From: Trichinella spiralis
Taxonomy: Eukaryota
Direction of reading: 5' to 3'
Assembly (NCBI RefSeq): GCF_000181795.1
Contig: NW_003526941.1
Coordinates: 4,243,218 to 4,307,217 of the forward strand
Length of the DNA: 64,000 nt
The position numbers and the translations under genes were made by a program. Shown here one piece after another: positions 1 through 13,555 of the stretch. The notes below the pieces were generated by a model. It searched no databases and was not told the DNA's origin. It was given only the letters and a program-made list of their open reading frames with translations. Every line of letters begins with the position of its first letter. Positions within the stretch are counted from its first letter, which is position 1.

Positions 1-101
1 TTTAAATTTGAAAGTATACTTGGTGTTAAACTTAATTATCAATAAGTCATGAGTTGTATAGTAAGACAACCGATATTCATTTTTTTGTTTTTTGTTGCAA
101 A

Positions 102-446
102 ATGAGTGGGGAAGTTATTGATTTAACTGAAGAAAGTAAAGACAGTGTACGAATCAGACCCTCTAGAAAGGAAAATCAACAAGCGATGGAGGTTATTGAT
201 CTTACGTTGGATTCCTCAAGCACTAGTTCGTCCTGCTCTAACGTAAATGACCTGCAATGTCCAGCTTGTTTCAGCAGCTTTGAAGAGATCCTCAAGGAAG
301 GGAATGCAGTAATGACTACACCGTGTGGCCATGTATTCTGTGCGAGATGCATTTACACCGTTTTTTCGGGAAAAAGATCTCTGAAATGTCCTATTTGCCG
401 AAGAAATATTACGGAGAGCAGTATGAGAAAATTGCTTTTCCGTTAA
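102..446 (+). CDS. RNF4/Slx8-like SUMO-targeted RING ubiquitin ligase (114 aa, single exon)
   Basis: ATG at 102. Two SIM motifs (EVIDLT twice) precede a C-terminal RING (CPAC...CGHVFC..C...CPIC). AATAAA at about 667. Confidence 0.85.
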   Translation: MSGEVIDLTEESKDSVRIRPSRKENQQAMEVIDLTLDSSSTSSSCSNVNDLQCPACFSSFEEILKEGNAVMTTPCGHVFCARCIYTVFSGKRSLKCPICRRNITESSMRKLLFR

Positions 447-1401
447 AATTAGTGATTATTTGTTTTACATATGTGTGTGTGTATGTGAAAAAAAAATTTC
501 CGATCGAAGCACATTCATTCTGGTGGTTCGCCCGATGTGAAATCCATGGGTCGATGAGAAGTATCATTGTTTTATTTTATCATCATATATTTCTATATTG
601 TGTACTTCAAGAATTGATGAATTGTACACTGTACTTTTTTACACATGTTTAATTCCTGACAGTTGAAATAAAATATTTTAATATTTTATTACTGTAAATT
701 CAATTTTTGCATCGTAAAAAGACTCCACGCTTGGTGTGATACTGATTCACTGACTTCAAGACGTTAATTTTGTACTAATCTTATGCATTTTCTCGTTGGA
801 TCAGGTGAACGTTCATCTCAGACCTTAGAGTTATGCAAGTTGGCTTTATTGAATTGAACTGAATTGAATTGAATGTAAAATTGTAAAAATATGATTACAC
901 TTGAAATGATTACGACAGTTTTACAAAGAAATTTCCTTTATATTCTCTGTGGATAAATTTTCAGCCAACTGCTTCATTTTTAATATCGATTCGTGAAACT
1001 GTTTTGAAGTAGAATAAATAGTATTAAGGATTGTTCATTTTACGAGAAAATATGGAGAATAGCTGAAAGAACACGCAGAAGAGACTCATCTTCACTCAAT
1101 CGTTTTATCAAAATGGGTATAATAAAATGAGTAGTAAACCTGAATTTGTAAATAAGTAAAATATACTTAAATAGCTAAATAATCACACAGTAAATTATAA
1201 TGTATTGCTATTTTTCTGATGCTGCTGACTACAGTGACTGTTTGAACAAAATCGGAGTTTGCCAAAGTCGAATAGTTTTTGCACTACAACACAACACTAA
1301 CCCTGACACGGAAAAAACTAACTGCTAGTGAAAACTGAAATGACAATTTAGTTGTTGATTCTACGTGAATATTAAAACATTAATAATAGCAGATATTTTA
1401 G

Positions 1402-1880
1402 GTGAATCGCTAGAGGACGCCGTTTTACGTGAAATTGCAGAAGAAGTTGGTATTCTCGTGGAAAACTTCCAATACATGGGCATTTCTCAATCGTGGCCAT
1501 TTCCTAACAATTCACTAATGTGCGCATATCTTGCCTATGCTGATCGAAGTCAAACAGTAAGAATAAATATGCATATTTGTGAGAGGTTGTTTGTTGTTTT
1601 TCTTGAACAACAATAATAACTAATTGTGTGTGTGGCGGATTTACTCACTGAACGTTTTTGTTTCCATTCTTAGATAAGCATCGATCGAAAAGAATTGGTA
1701 GATGCACGATGGTTTTCTCGAGAAATGGTCGCCTCTGCATTCGAAAATACACAGAATTTAGAAGAAAGTAAAGAAGAAGAAGAAGAAGAAGAAGAAGAAG
1801 ATGGCCCACTGTTGATTTCATCAAAAGGAACAATTGTTCATGAAATGATAAAGTTTTGGTTATCTCAGAAAGCGGATTAA
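1402..1880 (+). CDS. NADH pyrophosphatase (NUDT12/NUDT13/NudC family), 3' exons only
   Basis: Nudix box [17 protein letters not shown] and SQSWPFP (cf. family motif SQPWPFP), then ELVDARWF after a short intron. An acceptor AG lies at 1400-1401; upstream exons were not found in the window. Confidence 0.8.
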
Positions 1881-2040
1881 CAACACAAGCAAGAAAATGT
1901 TAATAATATTTCTTCTTTTTTATTTCAACTATATATATATGTATGTGATGAAATTTTGTTTTCTAACTTTTAAGTCGCAGTATTTTAGCGTTTTATCTAT
2001 CCAACCATCCATCCATCCATCCATCCATAGGGGAGTAAAA

Positions 2041-3819
2041 TCAGTTTTTGGAAACGTTTAGTGATGGATCTGTCAATAATTGTTCTTGTTGTCTGGCTTT
2101 CAAAATTGCTCGAGCTTCCCATTTCGAAACGTTGAACTGTTTTTGAATTCCATATATTTCATTATTATTCTTAATCGCTTGCCTGAAATCATACAGTTGA
2201 ACAACACCAGCTTCGGTAAATTTCGGCTAGCATTTTAACATCATCAACATACAGTGATTCTCGAAAGTGTTGATCCCGCACTTGTTTGTAAGCTTCATCC
2301 AATGATTTTTTGGATATAAATAAAGCTGGACATACTATCACCGCAGAAGAACACAAACTTGAAAACAAAAATGAGAACAAATCATTTCACTTTTCATCAA
2401 TTGTTGTTATAAAATGGCAAACAAACACATCGCAAATCTACCACTACCCTAGCACTCCACCTATAACACCAGCGGCAAACGATGCTCGTAAACCCATATT
2501 GATACGATACAACGCACCGGCGAGAGCTTGATCGAAAAATATATATATATTATCGTTATTCATTTTTCTTTATTATTAATATGTGGAAATGATAAATAAT
2601 ACCTCCACTGAAAACAAAGTGAAACCCTTTCAGTTGATCTTCACAAGCTGCCAAACAAGCAAGAGCGCAACTAAACTGAACCGAAATGAACAACAACGCA
2701 ACAGAAGGAAGGTAAAATTTGAAGAAAACATATTTAAATTACGTATAGGAAAATGTGAAAAATCCAATTCGAAGACCCAAACGAATGCCACTTTTCCAAA
2801 ATGAAACGAACAAGTGGGATTGCAATCGACGCTGAAATATGATCGAAAAACATTTTTCCAAATTATTGAAAAGAAGAATAATTTCAAAATTGGAATGGGA
2901 ATATTTGTCAAGAAAAAAAGAATTCTTTTTTGGAAAAGCACAAAGCTCCAGTAGCTTTTCTGAGTTTACGCACAATTGAAAATGAACACCAAGATGAGCT
3001 GTTCCTGCATTACATACCAAAGTAGTAAGTAGCATGGTGAAAAAAACACACTCATCCATCACACAAAATGGAAATTTAGCCAAAAGTCACACGATGAAAT
3101 TTTGTCAATGTTTGGAAAATTATTAACTTTTAAAATAATGCACCTACATCCCGAAAATTTCCATTCTCCACAAAACACAAATGCAAATAAATAAATGCAA
3201 TGAACGAAATGCCAAAACCATAAATAACTACATACTAGACCAACTTGAGAAGCTGTAAAATAATTCACGCACAACAATTTTAGTTGAAAGCGATATTTTT
3301 GAAATTAATCCACAAAAGTGTTTTCGTCACAACTGCACACAACAAATAACAACCTCCTCCTAATTTGCCATTTACAAGTGTAATGGGAAAAAGTAAAATT
3401 TCATCAAACATATATCATCGTTCACCGTTGCAATAAATGATAATGAAGCAAAAGAAAAGAAAAAACATTAATACTTACGATTGCTTCGTATTTATTGGCG
3501 AACAATGAAAGTGAATGTTGCTCTTTGAAACGTTGATGTGCCAATGGTAATTCCGCAGTTCCGGCCATCATGGTGCCAATGATAAATGTAAATAGTGTAC
3601 TATTTTTCACCGCTTTCCATTCGAAAGAATCAAAGCCATACTCACTAGAATCAATACACATATGAATGAAGAGATAAAAAAAAGCAAAATATAAATATAC
3701 TTTTTTAAAAAGATGGATTTCAATCTTAGCCAAGCTGTTGGTGCGGATACGAAATGTTCGTGCGGTTGGTGGGTAAAATCCGCTTCATTATTGTCAGTAG
3801 AAGAATTGTTTCCAACCAT
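2041..3819 (-). CDS. TIMMDC1: TIMMDC1-like complex I assembly factor (Tim17/22/23 family), multi-exon
   Basis: Exon peptides TAWLRLKSIF, GTMMAG...HQRFKEQHSLSLFANKYEA and ALYRINMGLRASFAAGVIGGVLG (Gly-rich TM segments). Stop TGA at 2041-2043. Confidence 0.65.
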
Positions 3820-4064
3820 TATTTGGAAAGTTGATAAATAATTCGGGTGTTCTTTTTTTCTGGAAAAAAAATATCCTTTCCAGCTAAATATTAATAAATT
3901 CGCTAAAAACAGAAGCAATATATAAATAAACATGATCAGCAAACAAAGTTGATTCATAAATTAATAAGGATGATGCTTCCTTAAAGCAGAACAGTTAGTT
4001 TCGCATATTAGTATTGGTGAATTTTATTTTCACAAAATAAACAAACACAATAGAGAAATGCATT

Positions 4065-7000
4065 CTATTCGTCATCAGAAGAATCAACGCTCCTTGTCAG
4101 TTCTTGATGTTTCATACATTCTGGTAGTGGAATCTTTTCGAACGTTTTGTACAATATATCTTGCCCGTTAGGGGTAGGTTCCAACGATATCACTTCAACA
4201 GAATTGCCTAAGCAAATATTTTGATCAAACAATGCGAGTAGGAATGTGAAAAAAAAAATTTTTTTTCCACATTTTTCATACCAATTTCTACATCAAAAAT
4301 AGTAAAACGTTTCCGTTTAACGGTAAAAACATGCCTCGTTAGACAACCAATATCGACCAAAAACTAAAATTCAAAAACAAAAAAACCAATAAAAAATTGA
4401 ATACAAATTATAATATATTGTTTTTTTATACCATTATAATTTCTAAAGTTATACAAGGATAAAAGCCAGGCATGAGTTCTTTCATCAAACTTTCTTCAGT
4501 CAAGCCTGGAGAACGTAGAATATGCAAAAAAATAACTTCACAGCACCATCTCAGCACTGGCCAGTTGAGTTCACCATCCGGCATTAGCCACAATCGAGGC
4601 ATCATGAATGTATTAATTCTTGAAAATGAAATTCAATTTGATATTGTCAAATGGCAAATCAATTACCTGGAATCATCATTTTCATCATTGTCTACTGGTG
4701 TCTTTTGGGTCTTCACAAATGAGTTTTCAGCAGCCTACAGAACGAAAAAAAAGAGCAACTGAAAAGTGGGTAAAAAAAACAAAGCAAACCAACAGAACAC
4801 AAAACTAATATATAGAATAGAAAATGTAAAAGAAGAATACCGTCGAATGAAAATCGTGAAAAGTATGCACACCCCAAGGTTTGATGCACTTTCTGGAAAC
4901 AAATCTTGGAACATTCAAACCGGCAATTACAATCATCTTTTTCTTGAGCAACAATTTCAATGCTTCCTCATTTTTCGAACATTCATGCATTAGGGTCTGA
5001 AAATGAAATAACACCAATTTTTCAAATGATCAGCAAAAAGAAAAAAACAAGTCGTACTTGCGCTTCGGACAATTTAATACCAGAATATCCCAATTTGGAA
5101 ATTTTTTCAAACAATTTCACAACTGTACTGTTCGTCAGACAATGTTGTCCAGTTGTATCCAGTGGGAACACTTTGGCTACATTTTCCAAAGCAAGTTTCA
5201 ATTTTCGCCTGCTGTGAAGAGACGAACGAGCTTGATCGTATGATAATTTCGACTTGTCCAAGTAGACGTAGACGTCGGAAAATTTTAAACGCAATTCTTG
5301 GACTTTTGTATTCAACGAACGTAGATCGCAATTTCCAAGCGAAATCAGTCGTGCTTTGCGCAACGCCAACAAAACAATTCTATTAATAGTACGCGTATTT
5401 GGTTCGCTGGCCAACAAATCCGGCAGTGATTGTTGAACAGTATCGACAATTTTCAAACATTTCCTCTTCAATTCATTGTCGTTAATATCATCATCACAAT
5501 CTTCGTCTGGAATACATATTGGCATCTTTCCAACGTCAGGTGAATAATCATGATTAGTCAACGTCATCTGCTCACGACGCAACACCACATCGAACATTAT
5601 CTAAAAATATGCAAATTCAATCATCAAATATCATCATCATCACTGATTGGAGAATAAATAACTATAGTCTTGACCTTTTCTTGACAAGCCAAACCAGCAA
5701 TAGCTAACAAATGGCCTACTGAATCGGTCATCACTTCGTGGTATGCTTCGGTATCGGCAAAAATTTCCTCGTGCATTTTGAGCGAATCTTCAAATATACT
5801 TGAAATGGAACAACTCGGAAACAATTTCCGAAAACTGCAATAAAATAATAAATTTAAAAAAAATGTTCATAATAAAGCTGCATTTCTTCTACTACCTGTT
5901 GGAAAATTCCAAATTGAAATACATATTTTTCACAAACTCTCGATTGGATAGGCCGCCTTCATTTTTGTTCAAATCGCGCAATTTTTTCGCATTGATCACC
6001 GTAATAATATCGTCACTACGCAATCGACTAGGAACATCCGTTACAACTTCATCCGGAAATGATCTGTATATGTTCAACAATTGTTCGTACTTTGAATTTG
6101 CATTTAGAGACAGACAAAGTGCACTCTGAAATGAAAGTTTAACAAAAACCAAATCACAAACACATCTCGCATTTCACAAATGTACACTACTTTTACACTG
6201 AAAAGTATAATTTAAAAAGAAAAATTTCAAACTGATGAAAAAAATTTTAATAAAAATTATTACCATAAAAATATTGGCAAAAACACAGCGCGTCACATTT
6301 TCCATTTTGAGCGTTTCTGATTGGAATATATCGTCAGCATTGTGCTTTTTTCCATCTTTAGAAACGTAATTTTTGAAATTGCTGTGTAAAATCGGACTGT
6401 CCAATGATGAATAACAAGGTCTGAACAACGATAACAACAACAACATTATTATTATTTAAATGAGTAAAAAATTTGAGAAAATTTTATACTTCCAAAACAT
6501 TTGCTGCAAAATTTCAAAAGCTTCTTTGAAAATTTGCTTCTTCTTGCTCGTTTTGTTAATGAATCCCATGTACTGCTTTTTGAACTTTTGAAATACCTGA
6601 ATAAATAATAATGATAATTTTTTAAAAAAATGAACAACACAAAAATCCCAACACACTTCAATATCGGCAAGTTGGTTTGTGATGTGTACAGCAGATGAAC
6701 AGAAAGTTGCATCCTTTGTAAAAATGTTGAAAATTCGATTACGAATCTTCTGGTTACTTTGATGGAGATGGGATAACTACAGCAGCAAAAGAAATATCAA
6801 TACAATAAACAAAAACAATGTAATACATGATTATCATTATAATCATGGACATTACCGGCAAATAGTGACGCATCAGTTCACAGGCGGTTTCAATATCGCC
6901 GACATTTTTACCAACGGGAGTAAAGTACGTATTCAAAGATCTGATCAGTAGTATCTAAATTTGAATGAAAAAAAAATTTTTTTTATTTTCTTCTTACTCT

Positions 7001-8297
7001 AACAAGTTTCGCAATATTCATGTTTGAAATTATTGTTTACATTAAAAATAATTTAATAAAAAAAGAAACAAATCAAAATCTCACCAATGTCCATTCTTCA
7101 GTAGAAAAATCCGCTTTTCCATAATCGACCCGCACTTGTCGAATTCTTCTCTGCTGCCCACGAATGGCCACACCTTTCCTCTTGACAGCAGCATAAACTG
7201 AATAAAAAATTCATAAAAATAGTTATTTTTTAAAAATTAAAAAACAATGAATTCCATTTTTTTCGATCCATTACATTTCTTCTTGTTGTACAATGGAAGA
7301 TTGCGTTTTTTGGTACCGGACATGTAGAAACACATTCTGCGAATCACGTTGTGCGGGGAGAAATATTTTGCGGACCTTTGTCGAACCACTCCTTTGTCTG
7401 AAAAATCTCCAAAAGATCAGCACGAGTTGAACTGATTATTGAAATACTGATTATCATCAATACAATTATTATTTATCACAAAATCACCATTCGAACAACA
7501 ATCACGAAATTATAAAACGAAACCCCACATGCAATCAATCATCAAAATTGTAAATTTTTGTTTTTGTTTCAATAATTAAATTCACTAACAGGATTTCATT
7601 TGTATATATGCCAAATTGTAGGTGCGGTTGAAAAATTGCACACAATCGATAATCGTCGTAGTGTATTTTCTCAACAATGCCGCTATGTGATCGTACACAT
7701 ATTGACCACAGCCGTTGATTGTCGATATAACCCACTGGGAATGACGGTGCCTGGAAAATTCAAAAAAAAAACAAAACAAAACTAATAATTTATTATTAAT
7801 TTTTTTGAAAAAAAACAAATTACGCACAAAAATAATTGAGGAATAAAGCCGGCACTGCCGATGCGTGGTTCAATTGGCTTTTTTACAATCGGCATGGTGT
7901 CTTCCAATGTTGAACGTGGCAAAATGTTCAACAGTTCGTTAGTTTTCAACGCTGTCACTTCTAAATTGTAAAATAAAAAAATTATAATTAAAAAAGAAAG
8001 AAAGAAAACAACAACCAACTTTGGCGTTTGTTTCGCATAGCTTTGAAGCCTAAAGGTGTGCTCAGGACGATCGACCGCAAATGGACCCAATACAAGTACA
8101 AATCGTCCAGTTCGTAAAAATCGTGACGATATTCGACGTAACGAGTGACCGGCATCGATACAACAGCATAACCACAAGTCGACGTGCTTGTATCCAACAA
8201 ATAGCCACCAGAGTGGACAAAATAAAATACCTACAATGGATACATTATTACTGAATATCGGTGGATGAAGATGGAAAATTTTTTTTTCCAATATGCA

Positions 8298-8364
<67 letters not shown>

Positions 8365-11300
8365 CATACATCCAACAAGCAAGAATGATCTTGAGCTTTT
8401 CTCGGCCCTTGGGAAAGCAGACCCAAAAAGCACAACTTGTCCATCACTTCACTCAACGCGGTCCGCAATTTGCCACTGTTGAACATATCGCCTCGCATTT
8501 CTTCGGGCAAATCCAACACCAAATAGTGTCGTTTGATTGGATCGTCCAAATAATCCATCAAACCTTGTACCTGTACAATTTTATCAACCGCAATTGAACA
8601 AACAATCAACCGATGACAACAACAGTAATCGAATTACATGTTTATCAGGCGAATAAATTTGAATAGCGATCGAAAGCGGCAATACAGATAACAAATCAGA
8701 AATGCGCAACCAACAATGAGAAATATCTGCAAAAATATATAAATTAAATTTATAATTTTTTTTAAAAAAATTATCAATTATTAAAATTAACAACCATTCT
8801 GCTTTGGTAAAGGAGGCAAAAAGCGCCGCCAAGACAGTTCATCCAAGAATACCGTCGGCTCAGCGGTAGAACGATTTTCCATTTCCCCAGAACAAGAAGG
8901 CTCCGCTTGATAGAGTTTGTTTTTGGTCGTGTCGCCACGATAATCGTGCACAAGGTAGAAAACCAGTTCATGCACTGACTGTAATCGAATACACTTGGCC
9001 TGATAGCCATAATTGAAAATATCACGCTGAAGTTGTTGAAAAAAAGAAAAAAAAATTAAAATTAAAAAAAAAAATAATAATAACTTACCTTCAACTTTGT
9101 AACTTGTCTGAATTGTGATGGCATAGAGAATGGGGGTTTCGGTCCCGCTGTTTTGTTTTCCGTATGCAAATTTTTCTTCTCGTCATTTTTCTTATCAGTT
9201 TTTTTCATCTTCGGCACTTCCTGCTGGGGTGAAACTACAGAACGACGCCGCTTGCGACTTTTGTTCGGACATTTATTCGCCTTCACTGTTCCAATAAACT
9301 GCAACCGTTCTTTGCGAATCGTCGCCGTAAGGTCGCTATCGTTCGGCTGCACATCGACGTGGCACAAAAATTTCACCTGAAAAAAAATACATATTTTTAA
9401 TAATAATTTTTTTTCGAAACATAAAAAAATTACCGTCTTTTTCTTATTGCCTCGAATAAGCAGCGTTTGGTACACTTTGATCAATTTCAATTCTTCCAAC
9501 AGATCGAACAAGCCCGACGAACAACGCTTGTCAATTTCATAATTGTAACCTTCTTCTTTTTCCGTATCTTTAATATGCTTGAACACAAAGGAATAACATT
9601 AAAAAATTTAAATTTAAAACAAACAAATAATCTCACTTTGGTTAATGTTTGAGCAGTTAAAACTCTTTTCTCTTCCAATAAATCCAATATCATCAACAAT
9701 CGCTTGCAAGAACGATCCGTTACTGGAGAATTTCCTAAAAATATTTCACCCAATTAATTAATCAATTAATTTCAGTTTAAGAAATTTTTACCAAATTTTA
9801 CTGACTGGAAATCAATATTTGTCTTTTCGAACAACTGTTGAAAACAATGACTTGTATGAGATTCAGAATGAACCGTATAATACCTGAGCATATTCAAAAT
9901 TATATTAATAATAACAATAAATTAAATTAAAGTTACCTCAATCTTCTCTTTCTACCGTCATTTTCAAATTCAGTTCTGGCATGACCCTCTTCGCACAAAA
10001 TTGGCATCAAAGCACGCAACAGTTTATCATGAATTCCAATTTGACGACAAAGTTGGAAATGATCCACACCATCACTACCTGCATTGTGCAGTTTACGAAC
10101 AATCGCGTGACGTTCATTTTGAAAATATTTAAACTGATAATTGCTTGTATTTGCTGAAATTGAAATATTATTATTCACATAAGAAAAATAATTCATACAA
10201 CAAATTTTCAATTTCAACACTCACTAATATAATCATCATCGTCACTGTCTTCTGATTCGTCGCTTGAACAACTCTCTTCATCTTCTTCGTCACTAGTAAT
10301 ATCTTCAAGCCAATTATTCTCCTCATACAAATCGCTGATTTCATCAATCACTTCTTCTTCCATCAATTGTTCTTCATCCTCCTCACCGACACTATCCAAA
10401 TTTTCAACAATCATCCATTCATCTTCCATATCCTGGTCTTCACAACACAATTCGAACAATCGATCATCAATTTCTTCCTGATCAACAGATTTTTGTCCAT
10501 TTTTCTCAACTATATCTTCACAATCCTCTTCAATTGCACGGTTCAGTCTATAGCACGTATCGCGTATTTCATTTTCTCCTCTATAAATTAAATAAAAGTC
10601 ACAAAATAATTATAATAACAATGGAAAAATAAAAACAGCCAATTTCAAGCTAATAACTGTATCTCACTTTGATTGATGATTGCGGGCTTTTTTGCCAACG
10701 TGCACAGGAACATTAATCTGATGAATTTGTATGCTTAAAACATTTATCATTCTGAACTTTGCAATATCAAACAAAAATGGTTCTACTGATATTGCCTGAA
10801 AAAAACATACAAAAATATATTTGATTTAAAAAAATAATAAAATCAAATCAAACTTGAATAATTTGAGAACGAGTAGCACGACGTTGTGGACAACTTTTCA
10901 AATATGAAATCATTCGACTGAACGGGAAATATTTGAAAAATGCCACGAATCTTTTCAGACATACACAAGTACAAATACGACTACTACCGTCTTCAAGTTG
11001 CACTTCACAGGGCTTGAATAATATTGCAATTTATATTTAATTGAAATTCAAAATTTCCAATAATTCATCCATTACCCATTTTTTTACCAACTTCAACGCA
11101 ACCAAGCGCTTCAGCGTGTAAAATACATCTTTCGATCGAAGTTTGAACATTTTGTGCAACGAATAATTTCCATAAGTTACACAACCAAAATAACGACTTC
11201 TAAAACAAGAAAATATTAATTTTCTCACATTTGAAATTTATCATTCACAATGATTATGAACAAACAACAAGTTGATTGCAATTACCTGGCAATTCGTTCC

Positions 11301-12021
11301 ACTACAGGGAAATACAGAGCAAATGACAAATCTTTCGTGAACAATTCAGAACTGTAACAGGGACCAGTGATTGCAGTGGTTCTCAAATCTTGCGACGCAA
11401 CCACCACCAGCGAATCACCATACCTGAACATTTTCAGAATAGAAGAAGGATCACAAAACAAAAAAAATAATAATCAAAACATTTCGAAAACTGGTATTAC
11501 TTCGCAATTACATTGTCGTAAATTTCATAACGCTTTGTTCTGCGAAAAGTTCTAGTAATATCTACTCTTTTGTTGAAATCGGCACAAGATCCGTACAAAT
11601 TTTTCGCATTCTTCTTGACAATATTCACCGGCAGTTTGTCAATCTAAATTTAAAATATCAAAATTTTTTACCATCACAGCATGAAAAAAAAGCAATATGG
11701 AAAAAACATTTCAAAAATTCAAACGTACATACAAACAGTGCATGTCAATGGTTTCCCTTGGCTTTGGCAGGGTGTAAAATGACAATTCTTTATTGTGGAA
11801 AATTGAATTCCACAAATGCTGCTTTACAAGATCATCAACTCGCAAATACAGCCCAGGACGTGTCCGCAGTCGAACCCAAAGACTGTTCAACGTTATCCCT
11901 TGAAACAATTCAAAAGTAGTAAGAAAAAAAGAAAAAATTAACTAATGCGCCTCCATTTACCATCCAGTCCTTCGAGGGCAATTTCATCCACGCAAGCGTC
12001 TGCTACAGTAATATCTTCCAT
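4065..12021 (-). CDS. GTF3C1: General transcription factor IIIC subunit 1 (B-box binding subunit), many exons
   Basis: N-terminus MEDITVADACVDEIALEGLDG/ITLNSLWVRL matches the GTF3C1 start. Later exons include EEGYNYEIDKRC and YLDDPIKRHYLVLDLP...LCFLGLL. The last exon ends DSSDDE* at 4065. Confidence 0.85.
8298..8363. repeat. (TTA)n microsatellite inside a GTF3C1 intron
   Basis: About 22 tandem TAT/TTA units. Confidence 0.95.
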
Positions 12022-13485
12022 CAGTTTTCCCGCCTGAAAGTAAAGAAAAACAAATAATTAAGTAGTAAATAACGACATACTCGCGGAAAACACACTCAAA
12101 GCACATGAAAAAAACATTAAAAAATGAAAAAAAATCAGAAAAAAAATAATGCCGAACAAAGTTTACAAAAATATGCTGGGCAAAATGAGTGAAAACAAAC
12201 AAAAATGCTCGCAGTTAAACCAAAATAACTTACTGTAAGTGTTTATAAAAATTCTCATCAATATCTTATGATTGAAAAAACATTTCGGTACAATCTTTGT
12301 GCATTCAAGTCTGATTTTCAGTTTAAAAAAAACAGTTTTTTTTTCAAAAAAATATAAAATAATAAATAGTCGTTTCAATCTATTGAACAATGTTCACAAA
12401 AGCGAAATAGAAAATAAAATAAAAATTCAATAAATAAACTAAAAAAAATGTTCTTCTTAAAAAAGTGATTTGAAAATTTCCTACTGTCATTTCCATCCAA
12501 GCCAACATGTTGTTCAGCCGATTGAAATTCAATTTTTCTTGACACGTAATTGAATTTTCTCTTAACTAATGAATACCGCCTCTGTGCATAGCGAATAATA
12601 TTTAAAAAAATAGAGAAAGAGAGAATTTCTTCGTTGTTAAGTTAATAAATGAATCCAAACTACCGAATCTGTTTTGCTAAACAAATTATCATCTTGAATA
12701 AATGTAGCTATTGTTTTCTTTTTTAAATTGAAAACGTTCACACATGCAAATCACTGCTATTAATACAGTAAGATAAAAGTGATCGTGAAGGTGAAAGATG
12801 ATCACCGGAAAGCTCAGAGGTTTATAGCAGAGCAGAAGTTTACGTCAACAAGTTGTGTTTCTCTTCTTTTCATTTCTGCTCTCACTCACATTCAGCTTAA
12901 ACTAAATTTAATGCTCATCGATCAATGATGAAATGTTTATAAAATTTGTTGGTTGTTGGTTTGCCATTCAATTTAAAATTTGTTGAATTTGAAAAAAAAA
13001 TTTGCAAAAATAAAAAGCAACGACAAACCATCTCAGCTTTATTGTTTATCAGTCCAGTCTCTATGAAGCTGGTCGGTCATTAGGCAAGTGGGCAACAAAC
13101 AACAACGACCAACAATGGACATCAGTTTGTGAAAGACATCCGTTTGCAATTTACATGCCGGCCGTTGTTAATCGATTTCTCGGCCCATTTAGAGTATGGT
13201 GATTAAATAAGCGGCGTCAGTTTGTTTCCCCTGGGAAATGATTGGCAGCGGCAAGCTGTTTCTGTTCAAGACGCGTGCAAATCCGCCCTCTTCCTGGAAC
13301 TATAAAATTAACATAAATACGCATCACACACACAAATGCATGCACACAGATTTGATATGCGTAGAAGTTTCCCTTTGCATACGACTGATTATCTCAAAAA
13401 CGCGTACAATAATACTACCTGATCGCATCTTTTAATGCAGTTACATATTATTTCTATTTCACATATATCCGTTTCTCTACACGAA

Positions 13486-13486
<1 letters not shown>

Positions 13487-13526
<40 letters not shown>
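13487..13526. repeat. (TA)n microsatellite
   Basis: Dinucleotide run directly upstream of the ATG at 13556. Confidence 0.9.
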
Positions 13527-13531
<5 letters not shown>

Positions 13532-13555
13532 AAACAATAAACTCAATCGACCCCA

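Noticed and set aside
7782..8609. Poly-I/N/L/Y ORFs
   Set aside because: They are read-through of an intronic (TTA)n microsatellite in GTF3C1.
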